A stretch of 64,000 nt of DNA, from assembly GCA_030141605.1 (NCBI GenBank), contig JAQGDQ010000060.1, forward strand, positions 310,001 to 374,000. The letters run 5' to 3'. The DNA comes from Tubiluchus corallicola (taxonomy: Eukaryota; Animalia; Priapulida). The position numbers were made by a program, and so were the translations under genes. The stretch's first letter is position 1. Each line of letters begins with the position of its first letter. The notes below the pieces were generated by a model, which was given only the letters and a program-made list of their open reading frames with translations, searched no databases and was not told the origin of the DNA. Of the stretch, positions 26,150-39,858 are shown piece by piece.

Positions 26150-26320
26150 GGCATTATAATGAATACTGCGCGGCTTATTGTAGAACGGATGTGGCAAAAC
26201 AAGTCAAGTATACTGACCCAAATCTTTGGAATAAAATTCCCACAGAAATTAGACAAGCCAAGTTTCTTAACAGTTCCAGAAAAGAAATACTAAAAATTAT
26301 TTATTTTCACATTACTGATG
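26150..26320 (+). mobile_element. L2/CR1-group LINE 3' relic
   Basis: RTDVAKQVKYTDPNLWNKIPTEIRQAKFLNSSRKEILK matches the RT..K..KY.GP.LWN.IP.EI....L..FK..LK terminal motif. Confidence 0.6.
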
Positions 26321-26739
26321 ACAAACAATATCTTATAAAGTATTTTGCTACGAGGCTACAGAGTGTCAACATTCCAACGAAACAAAATTGCATAAAAAGC
26401 TTATCAGCAAAAAATTATCATAATTATCATGATTTAATTTACTTTTGTATACCGTTAGTTTTAGTTCTACTAATCCATCCTCCCCTTCAGGTTTCCTCTA
26501 ACCACTGTCTGGTGAGACGTAAATCTGGTCTTTAGTGTCCCTAACCCGTTTGCACTTCTCTGTCAGGATGACAAGGTCCTCTTTAATTCTGGCAGTACAA
26601 ACGAAATATTATTTATTTTGAGTCTGTTGTGCAGAAATTGAATGTTTTTTGGATAAATTTTGTGATTGTATTTTGTTTGTTGTGGAATATAAATATTACA
26701 GTATTACATGATCTACGAAAGTGCAATTGCCAATGTTAA

Positions 26740-27075
26740 ACATTTAGATTTAGATTTAACATTTTATTTCAAACTTTACAAACTTCATATACAGATCACA
26801 AATTAATACAAATAATACAATAAATCATGACACACAACAATAACACAAATAACAATTAACGATATAACAAACTACGCCAATGACGTCTCTATTACATAAG
26901 AAAAGTTTACATCACTGTTTAAAATGTTCTTGCATATAAAATTTCCACTCTTATTCAGCCTGACGTATAAACTGTATGCACATTTTCTGTGAATCACATC
27001 AAAATAAATACATGTAATATTAAGTCTAGTAGAAATATATCTAGCGCTCGTATCATATGACAAGTTAAACAGCTT
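26740..27075 (-). mobile_element. LINE 3' end relic with simple-repeat tail
   Basis: Minus-strand peptide LFNLSYDTSAR...RKCAYSLYVRLNKSGNFICKNILNSD, followed by AATAAA and an (AAATCT)n-like tail. Confidence 0.45.
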
Positions 27076-27487
27076 CCGTGTTACTCTGCCTTTCTTACAT
27101 TCTACTGTTCTTTTCTACAGCATACGTTCTAGATGCTCCCATCATGGCCATCAAGCGCATAGCATCGTCTGCTTCTCTTCCTGCTATCATCAAATCTATG
27201 GATCATGATGTCACGCGGCGGGTTGGGGTGAGAAATAAATCTATGACGCTTTCACAGAAGCAGCTCATAAGCGTTCTGGAGCAGCTACCGAGAGAGATGT
27301 TTCGAGACAGTAAGATTAGCTGCATGCTTCAATAATTAAAGCAGTACTGCATGCAACAACTGCATAGCCTCGTACCATGCATGATCTGCTGTTTGCTTTC
27401 CTGTCACATCCTGAATACATTTATCATATTTTATCATTTCTTGTATTAGAAAATAATGTACACATAATAGCTATAGTAGTACTTTAA

Positions 27488-27600
27488 CCGGGTGGTGTGA
27501 CTCAACGGTAGCACGCTCGGGAGATCACGAGTTCAACTCGCGACCAAGTAATGCTAAAGACTTAAAATGATACCACTGATTTTTCGACCAAACACGCAGG
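27488..27600 (+). mobile_element. tRNA-derived SINE fragment
   Basis: Box A-like tgactcaacggta and box B-like gagttcaactc, followed by a ctaaagacttaaaatgatacc core-like motif. No full cloverleaf. Confidence 0.55.
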
Positions 27601-27844
27601 ATCGGGTAATAATAATCGGGACCACCTTGGAAATAAGTATTGAGTTACTTATCCCTGGACTATGCCGTAAAGAAAATTTAAATAATTATTATAATAGCAG
27701 CAGTGAAGAAGGCAAGAGGGCATTGAAGAACAATTGTGATTGTGGATCCAACATTGACAGTATATTAATTCATTTGTGCTAGTGTTCTTTCTTGAAACGG
27801 AAGTTGCCACAGAAAGATGGTGCAGATCCAGAAGAATAATAATG

Positions 27845-30838
27845 TTACCATAGATGAGTGTAAAAAATGGCACAGAGACAAAGAAACCATAGTAACAATA
27901 CTACAAAGAAAACTGTCACAGAGACAAAGAAACCATAGTAACAATGCCACAAAGAAAACTGGCATAGAGACAAAAAAACCATAGTAACAATGCTACAAAG
28001 AAAACTGGCATAGAGACAAAGAAACCATAGTAACAAAGCTACAAAGAAAACTGGCATAGAGACAAAAAAACCATAGTAACAAAGCTACAAAGAAAACTGG
28101 CATAGAGACAAAGAAACCATAGTAACAATGCTACAAAGAAAACTGGCATAGAGACAAAGAAACCATAGTAACAATACTACAAAGAAAACTGGCACAGAGA
28201 CAAAGAAACATAGTAACAATGTTACAAAAAAACTGGCATAGAGACAAAAAAACCATAGTAACAAAGCTACAAAGAAAACTGGCATAGAGACAAAGAAACC
28301 ATAGTAACAAAGCTACAAAGAAAACTGGCATAGAGACAAAAAAAACATAGTAACAATGCTACAAAGAAAACTGGCATAGAGACAAAGAAACCATAGTAAC
28401 AATGCTACAAAGAAAACTGGCATAGAGACAAAGAAACCATAGTAACAATGCTACAAAGAAAAACCATAGAACAAACAAAAACTGGCAAACAAAAAACCAA
28501 AACAACACAAAACCAAAACAAAAAACCAAAACTGGCATAGAGACAAAAAACCATAGAACAAACTACAAAGAAAACTGGCAAACAAAAACAAAACAATACA
28601 AAGAAAACTGGCTAGAGACAAAGAAACCATAGTAACAAAGCTACAAAGAAAACTGGCTAGAGACAAAAAACCATAGTAACAAAGCTACAAAGAAAACTGG
28701 CATAGAGACAAAGAAACCATAGTAACAAAGCTACAAAGAAAACTGGCATAGAGACAAAAAAACCATAGTAACAAAGCTACAAAGAAAACTGGCATAGAGA
28801 CAAAGAAACCATAGTAACAAAGCTACAAAGAAAACTGGCATAGAGACAAAAAAACCATAGTAACAATGCTACAAAGAAAACTGGCGTAGAGACAAAGAAA
28901 CCATAGTAACAAAGCTACAAAGAAAACTGGCATAGAGACAAAGAAACCATAGTAACAAACAAAAAAACCAAAACAAAAAACAATACAAAGAAAACTGGCA
29001 TAGAGACAAAGAAACCATAGTAACAAAGCTACAAAGAAAACTGGCATAGAGACAAAGAAACCATAGTAACAATACTACAAAGAAAACTGGCATAGAGACA
29101 AAGAAACCATAGTAACAATGCTACAAAGAAAACTGGCATAGAGACAAAGAAACCATAGTAACAAAGCTACAAAGAAAACTGGCGTAGAGACAAAGAAACC
29201 ATAGTAACAAAGCTACAAAGAAAACTGGCATAGAGACAAAGAAACCATAGTAACAAAGCTACAAAGAAAACTGGCATAGAGACAAAGAAACCATAGCAAC
29301 AAAGCTACAAAGAAAACTGGCATAGAGACAAAGAAACCATAGTAACAAAGCTACAAAGAAAACTGGCGTAGAGACTAAGAAACCATAGTAACAATAATAC
29401 AAAGAAAACTGGCGTAGAGACAAAGAAACCATAGTAACAAAGCTACAAAGAAAACTCTCATAGAGACAAAGAAACCATAGTAACAAAGCTACAAAGAAAA
29501 CTGGCATAGAGACAAAGAAACCATAGTAACAAAGCTACAAAGAAAACTGGCATAGAGACAAAGAAACCATAGTAACAAAGCTACAAAGAAAACTGGCATA
29601 GAGACAAAGAAACCATAGTAACAATACTACAAAGAAAACTGGCATAGAGACAAAGAAACCATAGTAACAAAGCTACAAAGAAAACTCTCATAGAGACAAA
29701 GAAACCATAGTAACAAAGCTACAAAGAAAACTGGCATAGAGACAAAGAAACCATAGTAACAAAGCTACAAAGAAAACTGACATAGAGACAAAGAAACCAT
29801 AGTAACAAAGCTACAAAGAAAACTGGCATAGAGACAAAGAAACCATAGTAACAAAGCTACAAAAAAACCATAGAGACAAAGAAACCATAGTAACAAAGCA
29901 AAAAAACCATAGAGACAAAGAAACCATAGTAACAAAGCTACAAAGAAAACTGGCATAGAGACAAAGAAACCATAGTAACAAAGCTACAAAGAAAACTGGC
30001 ACAGAGACAAAGAAACCATAGTAACAATATTACAAAGAAAACTGGCATAGAGACAAAAAAACCATAGTAACAAAGCTACAAAGAAAACTGGCATAGAGAC
30101 AAAGAAACCATAGTAACAAAGCTACAAAGAAAACTGGCATAGAGACAAAAAACCATAGTAACAATGCTACAAAGAAAACTGGCGTAGAGACAAAGAAACC
30201 ATAGTAACAAAGCTACAAAGAAAACTGGCATAGAGACAAAGAAACCATAGTAACAATAATACAAAGAAAACTGGCATAGAGACAAAGAAACCATAGTAAC
30301 AAAGCTACAAAGAAAACTGGCATAGAGACAAAGAAACCATAGTAACAAAGCTACAAAGAAAACTGGCATAGAGACAAAGAAACCATAGTAACAAAGCTAC
30401 AAAGAAAACTGGCATAGAGACAAAGAAACCATAGTAACAAAGCTACAAAGAAAACTGGCGTAGAGACAAAGAAACCATAGTAACAAAGCTACAAAGAAAA
30501 CTGGCGTAGAGACAAAGAAACCATAGTAACAAAGCTACAAAGAAAACTGGCATAGAGACAAAGAAACCATAGTAACAAAGCTACAAAGAAAACTGGCATA
30601 GAGACAAAGAAACCATAGTAACAAAGCTACAAAGAAAACTGGCATAGAGACAAAAAACCATAGTAACAAAGCTACAAAGAAAACTGGCATAGAGACAAAG
30701 AAACCATAGTAACAATAATACAAAGAAAACTGGCGTAGAGACAAAGAAACCATAGTAACAAAGCTACAAAGAAAACTCTCATAGAGACAAAGAAACCATA
30801 GTAACAAGGCTACAAAGAAAACTGGCGTAGAGACAAAG
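27845..30838. repeat. 46-bp satellite, about 65 copies
   Basis: Unit gctacaaagaaaactggcatagagacaaagaaaccatagtaacaaa. Confidence 0.97.
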
Positions 30839-31804
30839 TGAGAGTTTGCATACTACTGTTCTAGTTGTCATGCTACACAGAAAAGTGGCAATGAAACGAA
30901 GTAGAAGTACTAATGCTACAGTTGTCGTGTTACGCAGAAAAGTGGCATGGAGAGGAAGCAAAAGTTCTACTGCCATAATCATCATTGCTAAAGAGAAAGA
31001 TGGCATAGAAAAAAGTAGAAGTACTACTGCCATGGTTATCATGTTACACAAAAAATGCGTACCATAGTGATTGAATCCTTCAGAAAAGCATATGTATCAG
31101 AAAAGCAATTTGGAGAAATGAGACACTGGTATTACAATGATAAACAAAAAAGTAACACAGATACGAAGAAACATAACAGTTAGAAGCGTAATTGTGCTCA
31201 GTAGCAGATAGCAGCCAACGCCAACTCTGGTCAGCGAATGGACAGGTTAACTGCTCAGGAAACTATTTCCATACAGTTTCATTGCCATACTGGCTACCGG
31301 TAATTCACCTCAATGAGGAAGGACGTTTGTAGTTCTTTTTAGCACACATCTGGTTGCGGCTAATATGACTTCCTAATTTAACGTAACAGTATAGGGTTTC
31401 GAAAACATACTTTCAAGGATTAAGGCAAAATCGTTTATATGGCTTCAGATACATGTAAGTAAGAATGTTGTTTGCATGCATAAAAAATGGACAAGAATCA
31501 AGGCCATTGAAGCAAGACAATGGAGGGTGGGGAGATTGATGACAATTTACTAACTGTTCAAGCAATAACATGGTATGTGCTAGGCATAGCAGAATTTTTG
31601 TTGCATAGTAAATCTTGTGAAGTTGCATTGTACGGTGAGGTTGTGGTGCATTGTGCTCACAACAACAACGATGACGACGATGACGACAGGACACCCCGCT
31701 TGGGCCCTAATTAGGCCTATAATGTTTTGGCAATACCTGTTAATTATTACCTTAGACTGTGACTAAGGCCAAACGTACTCGACTACATTATGACTTTTTA
31801 CAAT

Positions 31805-32000
31805 ATATATATATATACACCATCCTCCTGGTAGATTTTCATCTGTCAGCCGGCGAACACTTGATAACGTCTCTCCAGGTGTCTCTGTCTTCATACGTCT
31901 TCTCCTCCTCCAGTTGTGTTCGCCATGAGTTACTTGAGCAAAAAGTACTTCAGTGACTTGCTAGGTCTATCCTGAAGGATTTGGTCCACAGCTCCTTATT
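31805..32000 (-). mobile_element. RTE-like LINE 3' tail relic
   Basis: Minus strand reads ...EDRDTWRDVIK... followed by a (TA)n tail. Confidence 0.4.
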
Positions 32001-33163
32001 TGAATATTCGGAGCACCCTGGCTCGTGAGCCAGGGGTCCCCCATCCGCCACCCGGGGGATGCGCCCGGTAGGGGTTTACTCCCCCCCAGGACTTTTTACA
32101 ATGTCAGGCAATATTGTGAAATTGGGTATTTTACAGAATGCCAACCCCTTTGTGGAGTGTCAAAACAAACTAGGTAAAGTATCTAAAATAGTCACTTCTA
32201 CAATTTTCTTAGATATAATTACACATTATGCAAAAAATTGCTTAGGCAAAATGCGTAATTCTTAGATTACGAATATACCTTTACTAGGCATTTTATAGAA
32301 TGCTGAATAAATTGATGATGAAGAGACCATTTATTTATTAAAACAAATGTATCCACTTTACCCGAAATGTGTAGGTATTAATACGAAAAGCCTAGGATTT
32401 TTAGAAAATGTCTAAATTTTACACATTGCCTGTCAATTTTACATATTGCATGTGTTATTTAAATAGCAGCAGCTTATTATAGACAGTTCTGAAATAAATG
32501 TTGTAATTTCACTGATTTGCCTCAGTGCACTTAATCCATTAGTTGAGTAACATGTGTCTAAACCCAGACATTACAATGAGGCTTCGATACGACATTTCGT
32601 GTCAGCTTCATATCTGTCTCACTTTACAGACCTAACAGACCTAATTTCCTTTCACATAAGGGTATTGACGTACTTTATTAATCACGTAATGTAGACAGTG
32701 CAATATAGTTACCAAGGAGATCTCTCAGACTTGATAGACTTAACATCAGTCCATGTTCACAGTAAGATTCACTCGCAATTTCAATCGACAGTAATGAAAT
32801 CTAGAATCAGGCCAACTGGATTTCCCGCCAACTAATGAAAAGTTGAGCATTCTATAAAAAAAGTATTAATACGGAGCTGCAGCTAAATGCCCCGAAAAGC
32901 CGGCGCTAAATAAGCTCTGCAGGGGTGTGAAAGGGCATATCATCATCTTGCATGCTGATTGGGCAGCCAACGAGAATGACCGACGTTGTGCTTGATGTCC
33001 ATTTTATTGCAGACTAACTAAATGCCCGAAGTTTTTCCGGCCAGAAAACTGAGAATAATTATAGTGATGTGGCATTGGATGGTACTGTTCCACCACATCC
33101 ATCAAATTGCTGTTGCAGATTTGGTGATAATCTTTAGTTTAGCCCTGCCCGGCCACTCTCTAC

Positions 33164-33560
33164 TAGGGGTGAGAATTCTCTACCAGAAAGCGAATTCGAG
33201 TCGAACCGAATTTGTGACTTTCGAATTCGAATCGAACCGAACTTCAGTGTTTCGAATTCGAACCGAATTCGAATTGAGACTGAATGATTTTCGAACAAGT
33301 TTTCGAACCACCAGTAAAAATTAGTCTTACAAAGATCATGCATATCACTAGATTTTGTTCTGCAATAAAACGACTAGTAATTTGTTTAAAGTTGTGCGCA
33401 GAAATCACAGCTAAATTATGCTAATTGTATGATGTTTCAATCGTTTTAATGATCAGGAACATATGTGATTGAAGTGCTGAATTATTCGAATCTATAGTGT
33501 TGGATTCGAATCGAGTTCGAAGTAAAAAAGCTCGTTCGAATCGAATTCTCTCTTCTCTCA
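33164..33560. mobile_element. Non-autonomous DNA element with TTCGAA/GAATTC-rich subtermini
   Basis: Starts taggggtgagaattc and ends gaattctctcttctct; dense ttcgaa palindromes at both ends. Confidence 0.5.
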
Positions 33561-33952
33561 CATTTTAAATATGTAATTATAACTTTTATTTTTGTTCAAT
33601 AACACTCCACCCTGCGTCATTGAGTATGCCCCTTAAAACCTGCCCTTATTTATAATACGTTACCCGAGTTGCAGATTGGAGTCTGGCAGTTTGAGAGAAC
33701 ATGATAATGATGGATGATGTAAACATGTCACACCCATTTTGTCAAACAGATTCACAAGTTAACACCAAAGCAAATGTGTTGCTTTTCTTTTTTTCGAATT
33801 GACAAAATAAACCACTCAAGCAAATTACAATGTCGAGTATGAGAAAGCGAAAGAGAAATTTGTTGAGTTGGCAGAGAATTCTACCAGACGTCTCACATAT
33901 TTGGAGTTTACCTTGGCCTTAGCCTTGCATCCCGTTTACATGATCAGTGTAC

Positions 33953-34423
33953 TAATGATGGGCGATTAACAGGTTAATCAAATTAATCCGGAATGCAATC
34001 ATGTATAAATCGATATAATTATCGATTGAACAGTAACTCAATTAATCAAGAGAAAAATATACGTGTTACACACTGACAAAAAGGCAGTGTTTTAGCACAG
34101 ATAAACGGAATCCTTGCACTTTTTCTTCGTTTTTCTTGTCTTAACAATGCGCACGATTGCAAACTATTGCGTAGTGATGTGGTAAATACCGTAGTTAATG
34201 AGTTAATGAATGTGCGTGTCTATAAAAATAGTTTGCGAGTAGGAAAAGTGCAGATAACAAGGAAAGCCATGAAAAAGTTTATAGGCTGTATTTTTCAGTA
34301 CTGCAAGATTTGAAAAATATGGCTAAGATACTAAAGAATTGCCACAAAAGATTAACCGCCACATTGAATTACAAGAACAAGATTATGATCGAATTACAAT
34401 ATTTCAAAATTAATCCATCACTA
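33953..34423. mobile_element. hAT-like MITE
   Basis: Termini taatgatgggcgattaa and ttaatccatcacta are near-inverted. No TSD seen. Confidence 0.45.
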
Positions 34424-36821
34424 CCTGAATTTCAGAGAACTGCATTTACCAAGTCATATGTACTTTTCATTAGATTTTCATAAAGATTTTCATAAAACTA
34501 TAATAATAAAAAGCTTTATCGATTAAACAATGAATTTGGTAGATGGTCAAAAACTCCAGCAGGAAATAAACTTCGTTCATGTGGCCAAATACAAGACGAG
34601 GAGCAAGTTTTGCTAAAATGTCATAGAGTGAGTTAGTTTGAGATCTGAGTTTTGTCTTAATAATGAATATGAATAATGAATAATGAATAATATACGAATT
34701 AATGAATATGGGAGATGATAAAAAGTTGCGTGCATTTGCTTACTGTGCATTAAAAGAATACCAAGAGATATGAGATGTAATTTTGTTTGTAATGCACGAT
34801 AACCACCTAATCGTTTTCGTGTGACTAGCTTTCTTGTTATTTGCGTTTTTGATGTTGTAATATTTATTTTTCCTTGGTTTTGGAACAGCTGTTACTTTAG
34901 GGATGAGTAGCTTTTATAAACTATTTGTTTCACCCCAAATTCGTAACTTTAATGCACTTGTGGCATGGTCGACGGTAATATATTTACTTGAAGTCTTGAA
35001 TAATATACTTCTAAAGATCTTGACATACTAGAAGTTTGGGGTGCACATGGTTAGTATACACTCTGCAACTCGCTAACTGGTGATAATATTAGAGATTATG
35101 AAAGGAGGTGAAACAAGCAAAACAAACATGGTGGGTGCGGGCTAAAAACACAGATTTACAGATAGGTTAGGTGAGATGGCACCCTCATGGTACAAACAGC
35201 AGAGGGTGCTACTGCTCGTAAGTTATCTCTAGAACTAGAAATGATTTCTCTGATATAAGTTATGGTTACAGTTGACAAATGTCATGATTGACAAAAGGTC
35301 ATGATTACGGTTGACAAATGTCAATAAATATCTAATCTAATGTAATCTACGAGAGGTTCCCTTGTTTCCAATGTAATCTAAATTGCACGGTTATTTACCT
35401 AAACTATCTAAGGTCTGGAGATCTTCACATAGTAATAACAAATCTCCCATACGACAATGGTAATCTGGTGAATCAGTGGTGGCAAGTTGGCAACTCATTT
35501 AGTTGTATGTAGATTAATACATGTATAATATGAGAACGCCAACAAGTTTTAATGCCAGGGTTATCAATCTAACAATAATTATTTCTATATGAGGTGACAG
35601 ATTGAACGAGCGAATGAGTGCTTAGTTTTCCTAGAAACGTGCTGCCTTGTGGCGACATCTGTCGCAGAAATTACTATCTGTTTTTGGCATGCATTTGCCG
35701 AAGTTCCCGTTCTGTGACGTTGCGTGTAAATTCCATAGTAAATCCATGTATTGTGGCGGCCTCTTCTGTTCACAAACAAAACTACATTCCTTGCCTCTGT
35801 TCACAAACAAAACTACATGCCTTACCTGGGCAAAAAGTCTTTAACTAACTAGTTACATTTAATAATATCTAAACACGTTAGTATGATACTGTTTGACCTG
35901 AACAGCAGTCTTTTAAATCGACTCTTAAATTCCTTGTTTAGTTTTAAGGCTAACATCATGTTTTAGTGAGTTAATTACTAAGATTTATATACAAAAGAGG
36001 AAAGGTATCCAGTGGGTGTTATCGCTGCAAAGTTAAGCAACGCTAGCTTTAGTTAGTAAATAGATGAGTGAGTACCAGGGAAACTGCTCCTACATGGCTT
36101 AAGCTAGTCCTGGGCTACTTCACTTATTGACGAAGGGTGTATATGCATGCAAACATAGCAAAGTCGCCTCTGCAATTTCAGCCTCATCTTAGCTTTTCTC
36201 AGCCTAGGTCCCCTCAAGTTTTGTTAACATTTGGTAAAAAAGCTTATTTTTTCACTACGGTTGTGTTGAAATGAGCTAATTCGGTTTGCAATAAATAACA
36301 AAATAGAGATATTTTTTAGAAAATATACAAGCAAAGATAGCTAGTCTAGTTTATATAAAGAACTTGCAGTAAGTATACTTCAAGGTATGTAAATGTTGCT
36401 GTAATATATCACGAGTAAAAATATTCAAGACGGGTGCGGGCCAGTTAGATAGTGGCTCCATCTGAAGGACTCCATTATTTCATTAGCCTAGAGACCCCAA
36501 ATGGTCATAATCCGGCCGTGCCCCCGTATTTTTGCATGTTTTTCTTTTTTACTGAAAGGCAGCATAATGATTTTCTTACAATTGAAATTTTTGTTACTTT
36601 TCGCATTTGTTTCTGTTTGAATTGGTTAGTTATATGCTTTCATATTTGGTATATCATCATTGCATATTTTTCATTTTATCATAATGCTTCGTTTTCAAGT
36701 TTAATTTCTTCCCATATAGATTTACGTTAACCATTGATTTTCTTATCTTACTTCATAATTATATTACATGTTATAATTAGCAGCGCTACAATTTTTTATC
36801 ATTTACACTAACCCTATAAGG

Positions 36822-36990
36822 GTGTCTGACTTGATGACCAATTGGTTTTTCACTACCCTTTCTCCTGCACCCCCTAACTCTTTCCTTTATGCATAATTTA
36901 TTCTGATTAATTAATAATTACAGCAATAATAGTCTATTTGTATTCTGGTGTAAATGAGGAAATAAATAAAAATGTCTATGTCTATGTCTT
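36822..36990 (+). mobile_element. Retroposon 3' UTR fragment with (ATGTCT)n tail; inverted second copy at about 57047-57213
   Basis: Both copies share tgatgaccaattggt...cctgcaccccctaactctttcc...gtattctggtgtaaatgagg...aaataaaaatgtctatgtctatg. Confidence 0.7.
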
Positions 36991-37196
36991 TGTGATCATC
37001 TTTGAATCTTTTTACCACACATATAGTATAACTAAATAAATAATTAAATATATTAAATAATAAACGGATAATTAATTAAAAATATTTTATCCTGTAAATG
37101 CACAATTCTGTTTTTATTATTAATGTCAACATGGAGAAATTTTTAGTGCAACCTGAATGCTGGCTGTCTTACAAAAATTGTTTTTCAAATTTTCAG

Positions 37197-37903
37197 AATC
37201 AACCATTCCCAGTTCAATTAGAAAGCTCACCCGACGATTAACACGACGCACACACGGGAGCCACACATCGAATACCAATGCAAAACGTCGCATACATCAA
37301 AGCGAGCGACGACGTAGCAGCACGTCACCACATCTGCACGTGGAGAAGATCCGCACAAGCTCCATGCCAGAATTATGGAGGAATGAGGATGAACTTTCCA
37401 CCAGTCAGCTTCCTGCAAACAAAAACTATTCTTCAGCAAAAAATACCTTTGACACGCAAACAAGCGAGGAGCTTCAACAGTCAACAAATAGAAGCCCAGA
37501 GGTAGGAAATGGCAGCACATATAATGAAAATGTTAAACAATATGTAAAAGAGTCTGAGCATGAAACAGGGCAATGTCCAAAAGTTGCTCCTCTTGCTGCC
37601 AGAACACAGGAAATGCATGTAGCATCAAAGCAGGATTCTCCTTCAAAATATGCTTCTCCTCTTCATAGTGAAAAACTCGACACCAAACAAATTACTCCTC
37701 TTACCAAAGAACAAGCTGGCAAACAATCAAAATCTTCTGTGCAAGTTTCACCAATCCATCGCCAGATGGCGCACATCACCACGATGGATGCTCAACTTTT
37801 GAATGTTCGCGTTCTCCCGCTTACAAAATCAGACATCAAGCAAAATTCCAGAGAAGATATCAGCTGTGGCAAGCACGAGCAAGCGGCAAACAAAATTAGT
37901 TAG
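37197..37903 (+). CDS. Probable terminal exon of the GPCR: about 235-aa Ser/Thr/basic-rich cytoplasmic tail
   Basis: Strong acceptor tttttcaaattttcag|AA completes the phase-1 codon from 18994 (G|AA = Glu). Non-repetitive open frame to TAG; AATAAA signals follow at about 37956-38143. Joined products would be 575 aa (A) and 556 aa (B). Undetected small exons in the 18-kb intron cannot be excluded. Confidence 0.72.
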
Positions 37904-38225
37904 CGATAAGATCTGTCACGTCTTGTCTTCTAAATCAAGGCTAATTGGTGCTTTAAATAAAACAAAAATGGAATAGAGTAAAGTGAAAGGAGATTTAAAA
38001 CGAATTACGCTACTTACTTGGAGCTTTAAATGCAGGTTATAGGCAACAAGAAGAGACCAGGATATTAATTAAGGCAAAACTCAGCTGCAAAAGCATAAAT
38101 AAATGGCTGGTTGTTGTAATCGTAAAATTATTTTGTGAATAAAAATGTCTGTTATTAAAATACTGTTAATCAGCGATGTAGTTTACTTCTAAAGAATTGT
38201 TATTGCATATACTATTCAATATATG

Positions 38226-38510
38226 TATAGGTCGTCTCAAAAGTCACTATACACTTTGATTTTTATTTTTCGCCCACTCAGCAACCTCTTTCATGAATCA
38301 AGAGGGGTCTTTGGCAATTATTTTTACTTTTTTTTGACTGGAACATTATTGCTGCAGCAAAGACTGTAACATTAGAAATGACATGCAAAATCAGCCTAGG
38401 AAAAACATGAGGTTCTTTGATCAGCAAATGATGTTCAGAGCACCATGTTGATGGCACTATTCTCTCATGAAACCAGTAAACCAGGAGACAATGATGAAGG
38501 GTTGGCATTT
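38226..38510 (-). mobile_element. Partial second copy of the Tc1/mariner-derived element at 45236-45793
   Basis: gtataggtcgtctcaaaagtcac is the inverse of that element's right end; aggctgattttgcat...gttccagtcaaaaa is shared. Confidence 0.65.
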
Positions 38511-38537
38511 AATGTGAACAGCAACTACCAACACCAA

Positions 38538-39858
38538 CAAAACAATCTCCTTTATCCAACAATGTCGTTTGTGTAAATGAATGTGAGACAATAGTGATAA
38601 AACAATCTCCTTTATCAAAACAATGTCGTTTGTGTAAATGAATGCGAGACAATAGTGATAAAACAACCTCCATTATTCAACAATGTCGTTTGTGTAAATG
38701 AATGTGAGACAATAGTGATAAAACAATCTCCATTATCCAACAATGTCGTTTGTGTAAATGAATGTGAGACAATAGTGATAAAACAATCTCCATTATCCAA
38801 CAATGTAGTTTGTGTAAATGAATGCGAGACAATAGTGATAAAACAATCTCCTTTATCCAACAATGTCATTAATGTCGTTTGTGTAAATGAATGCGAGACA
38901 ATAGTGATAAAACAATCTCCATTATCCAACAATGTCGTTTGTGTAAATGAATGCGAAACAATAGTGATAGAACAATCTCCTTTATCCAACAATGTCATTT
39001 GTGTAAATGAATGCGAGACAATAGTTATAAAACAATCTCCATTATCCAACAATGTCGTTTGTGTAAATGAATGCGAGACAATAGTGATAAAACAATCTCC
39101 TTTATCCAACAATGTCATTTGTGTAAATGAATGCGAGACAATAGTTATAAAACAATCTCCATTATTCAACAATGTCGTTTGTGTAAATGAATGCGAGACA
39201 ATAGTGATAAAACAATCTCCATTATCCAACAATGTCGTTTGTGTAAATGAATGCGAGACAATAGTGATAAAACAATCTCCATTATTCAACAATGTCATTT
39301 GTGTAAATGAATGTGAGACAATAGTGATAAAACAATCTCCATTATTCAACAATGTCATTTGTGTAAATGAATGCGAGATAATAGTGATAAAACAATCTCC
39401 ATCATTCAACAATGTCATTTGCATAAATGAATGCGAGACAATAGTGATAAAACAATCTCCATTATCCAACAATGTCGTTTGTGTAAATGAATGCGAGATA
39501 ATAGTGATAAAACAATCTCCATTATCCAACAATGTCATTTGTGTAAATGAATGTGAGACAATAGTGATAAAACAATCTCCATCATTCAACAATGTCATTT
39601 GCATAAATGAATGCGAGACAATAGTGATAAAACAATCTCCATTATCCAACAATGTCGTTTGTGTAAATGAATGCGAGACAATAGTGATAAAACAATCTCC
39701 ATTATCCAACAATGTCATTTGTGTAAATGAATGTGAGACAATAGTGATAAAACAATCTCCATTATCCAACGTCATTTGTGTTAATGAATGCGAGACAATA
39801 GTAATAAAACAATCTCCATTATCCAACAATGTCATTTGTGTAAATGAATGCACGACAA
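38538..39858. repeat. 60-bp satellite, about 22 copies
   Basis: Unit aacaatgtcgtttgtgtaaatgaatgcgagacaatagtgataaaacaatctccattatcc. Confidence 0.97.

Noticed and set aside
27488-27550. Functional tRNA gene (also 41530-41582) or 5S rRNA gene (18721-18817)
   Set aside because: Only promoter-box remnants are present, without a full cloverleaf or 5S terminal stem. They are treated as SINE fragments.
27765-31067. Many short hydrophobic ORFs (MPVFFVALLLW...) resembling signal peptides or membrane proteins
   Set aside because: They come from the 46-bp unit, which is not divisible by 3 and hits recurrent stops.
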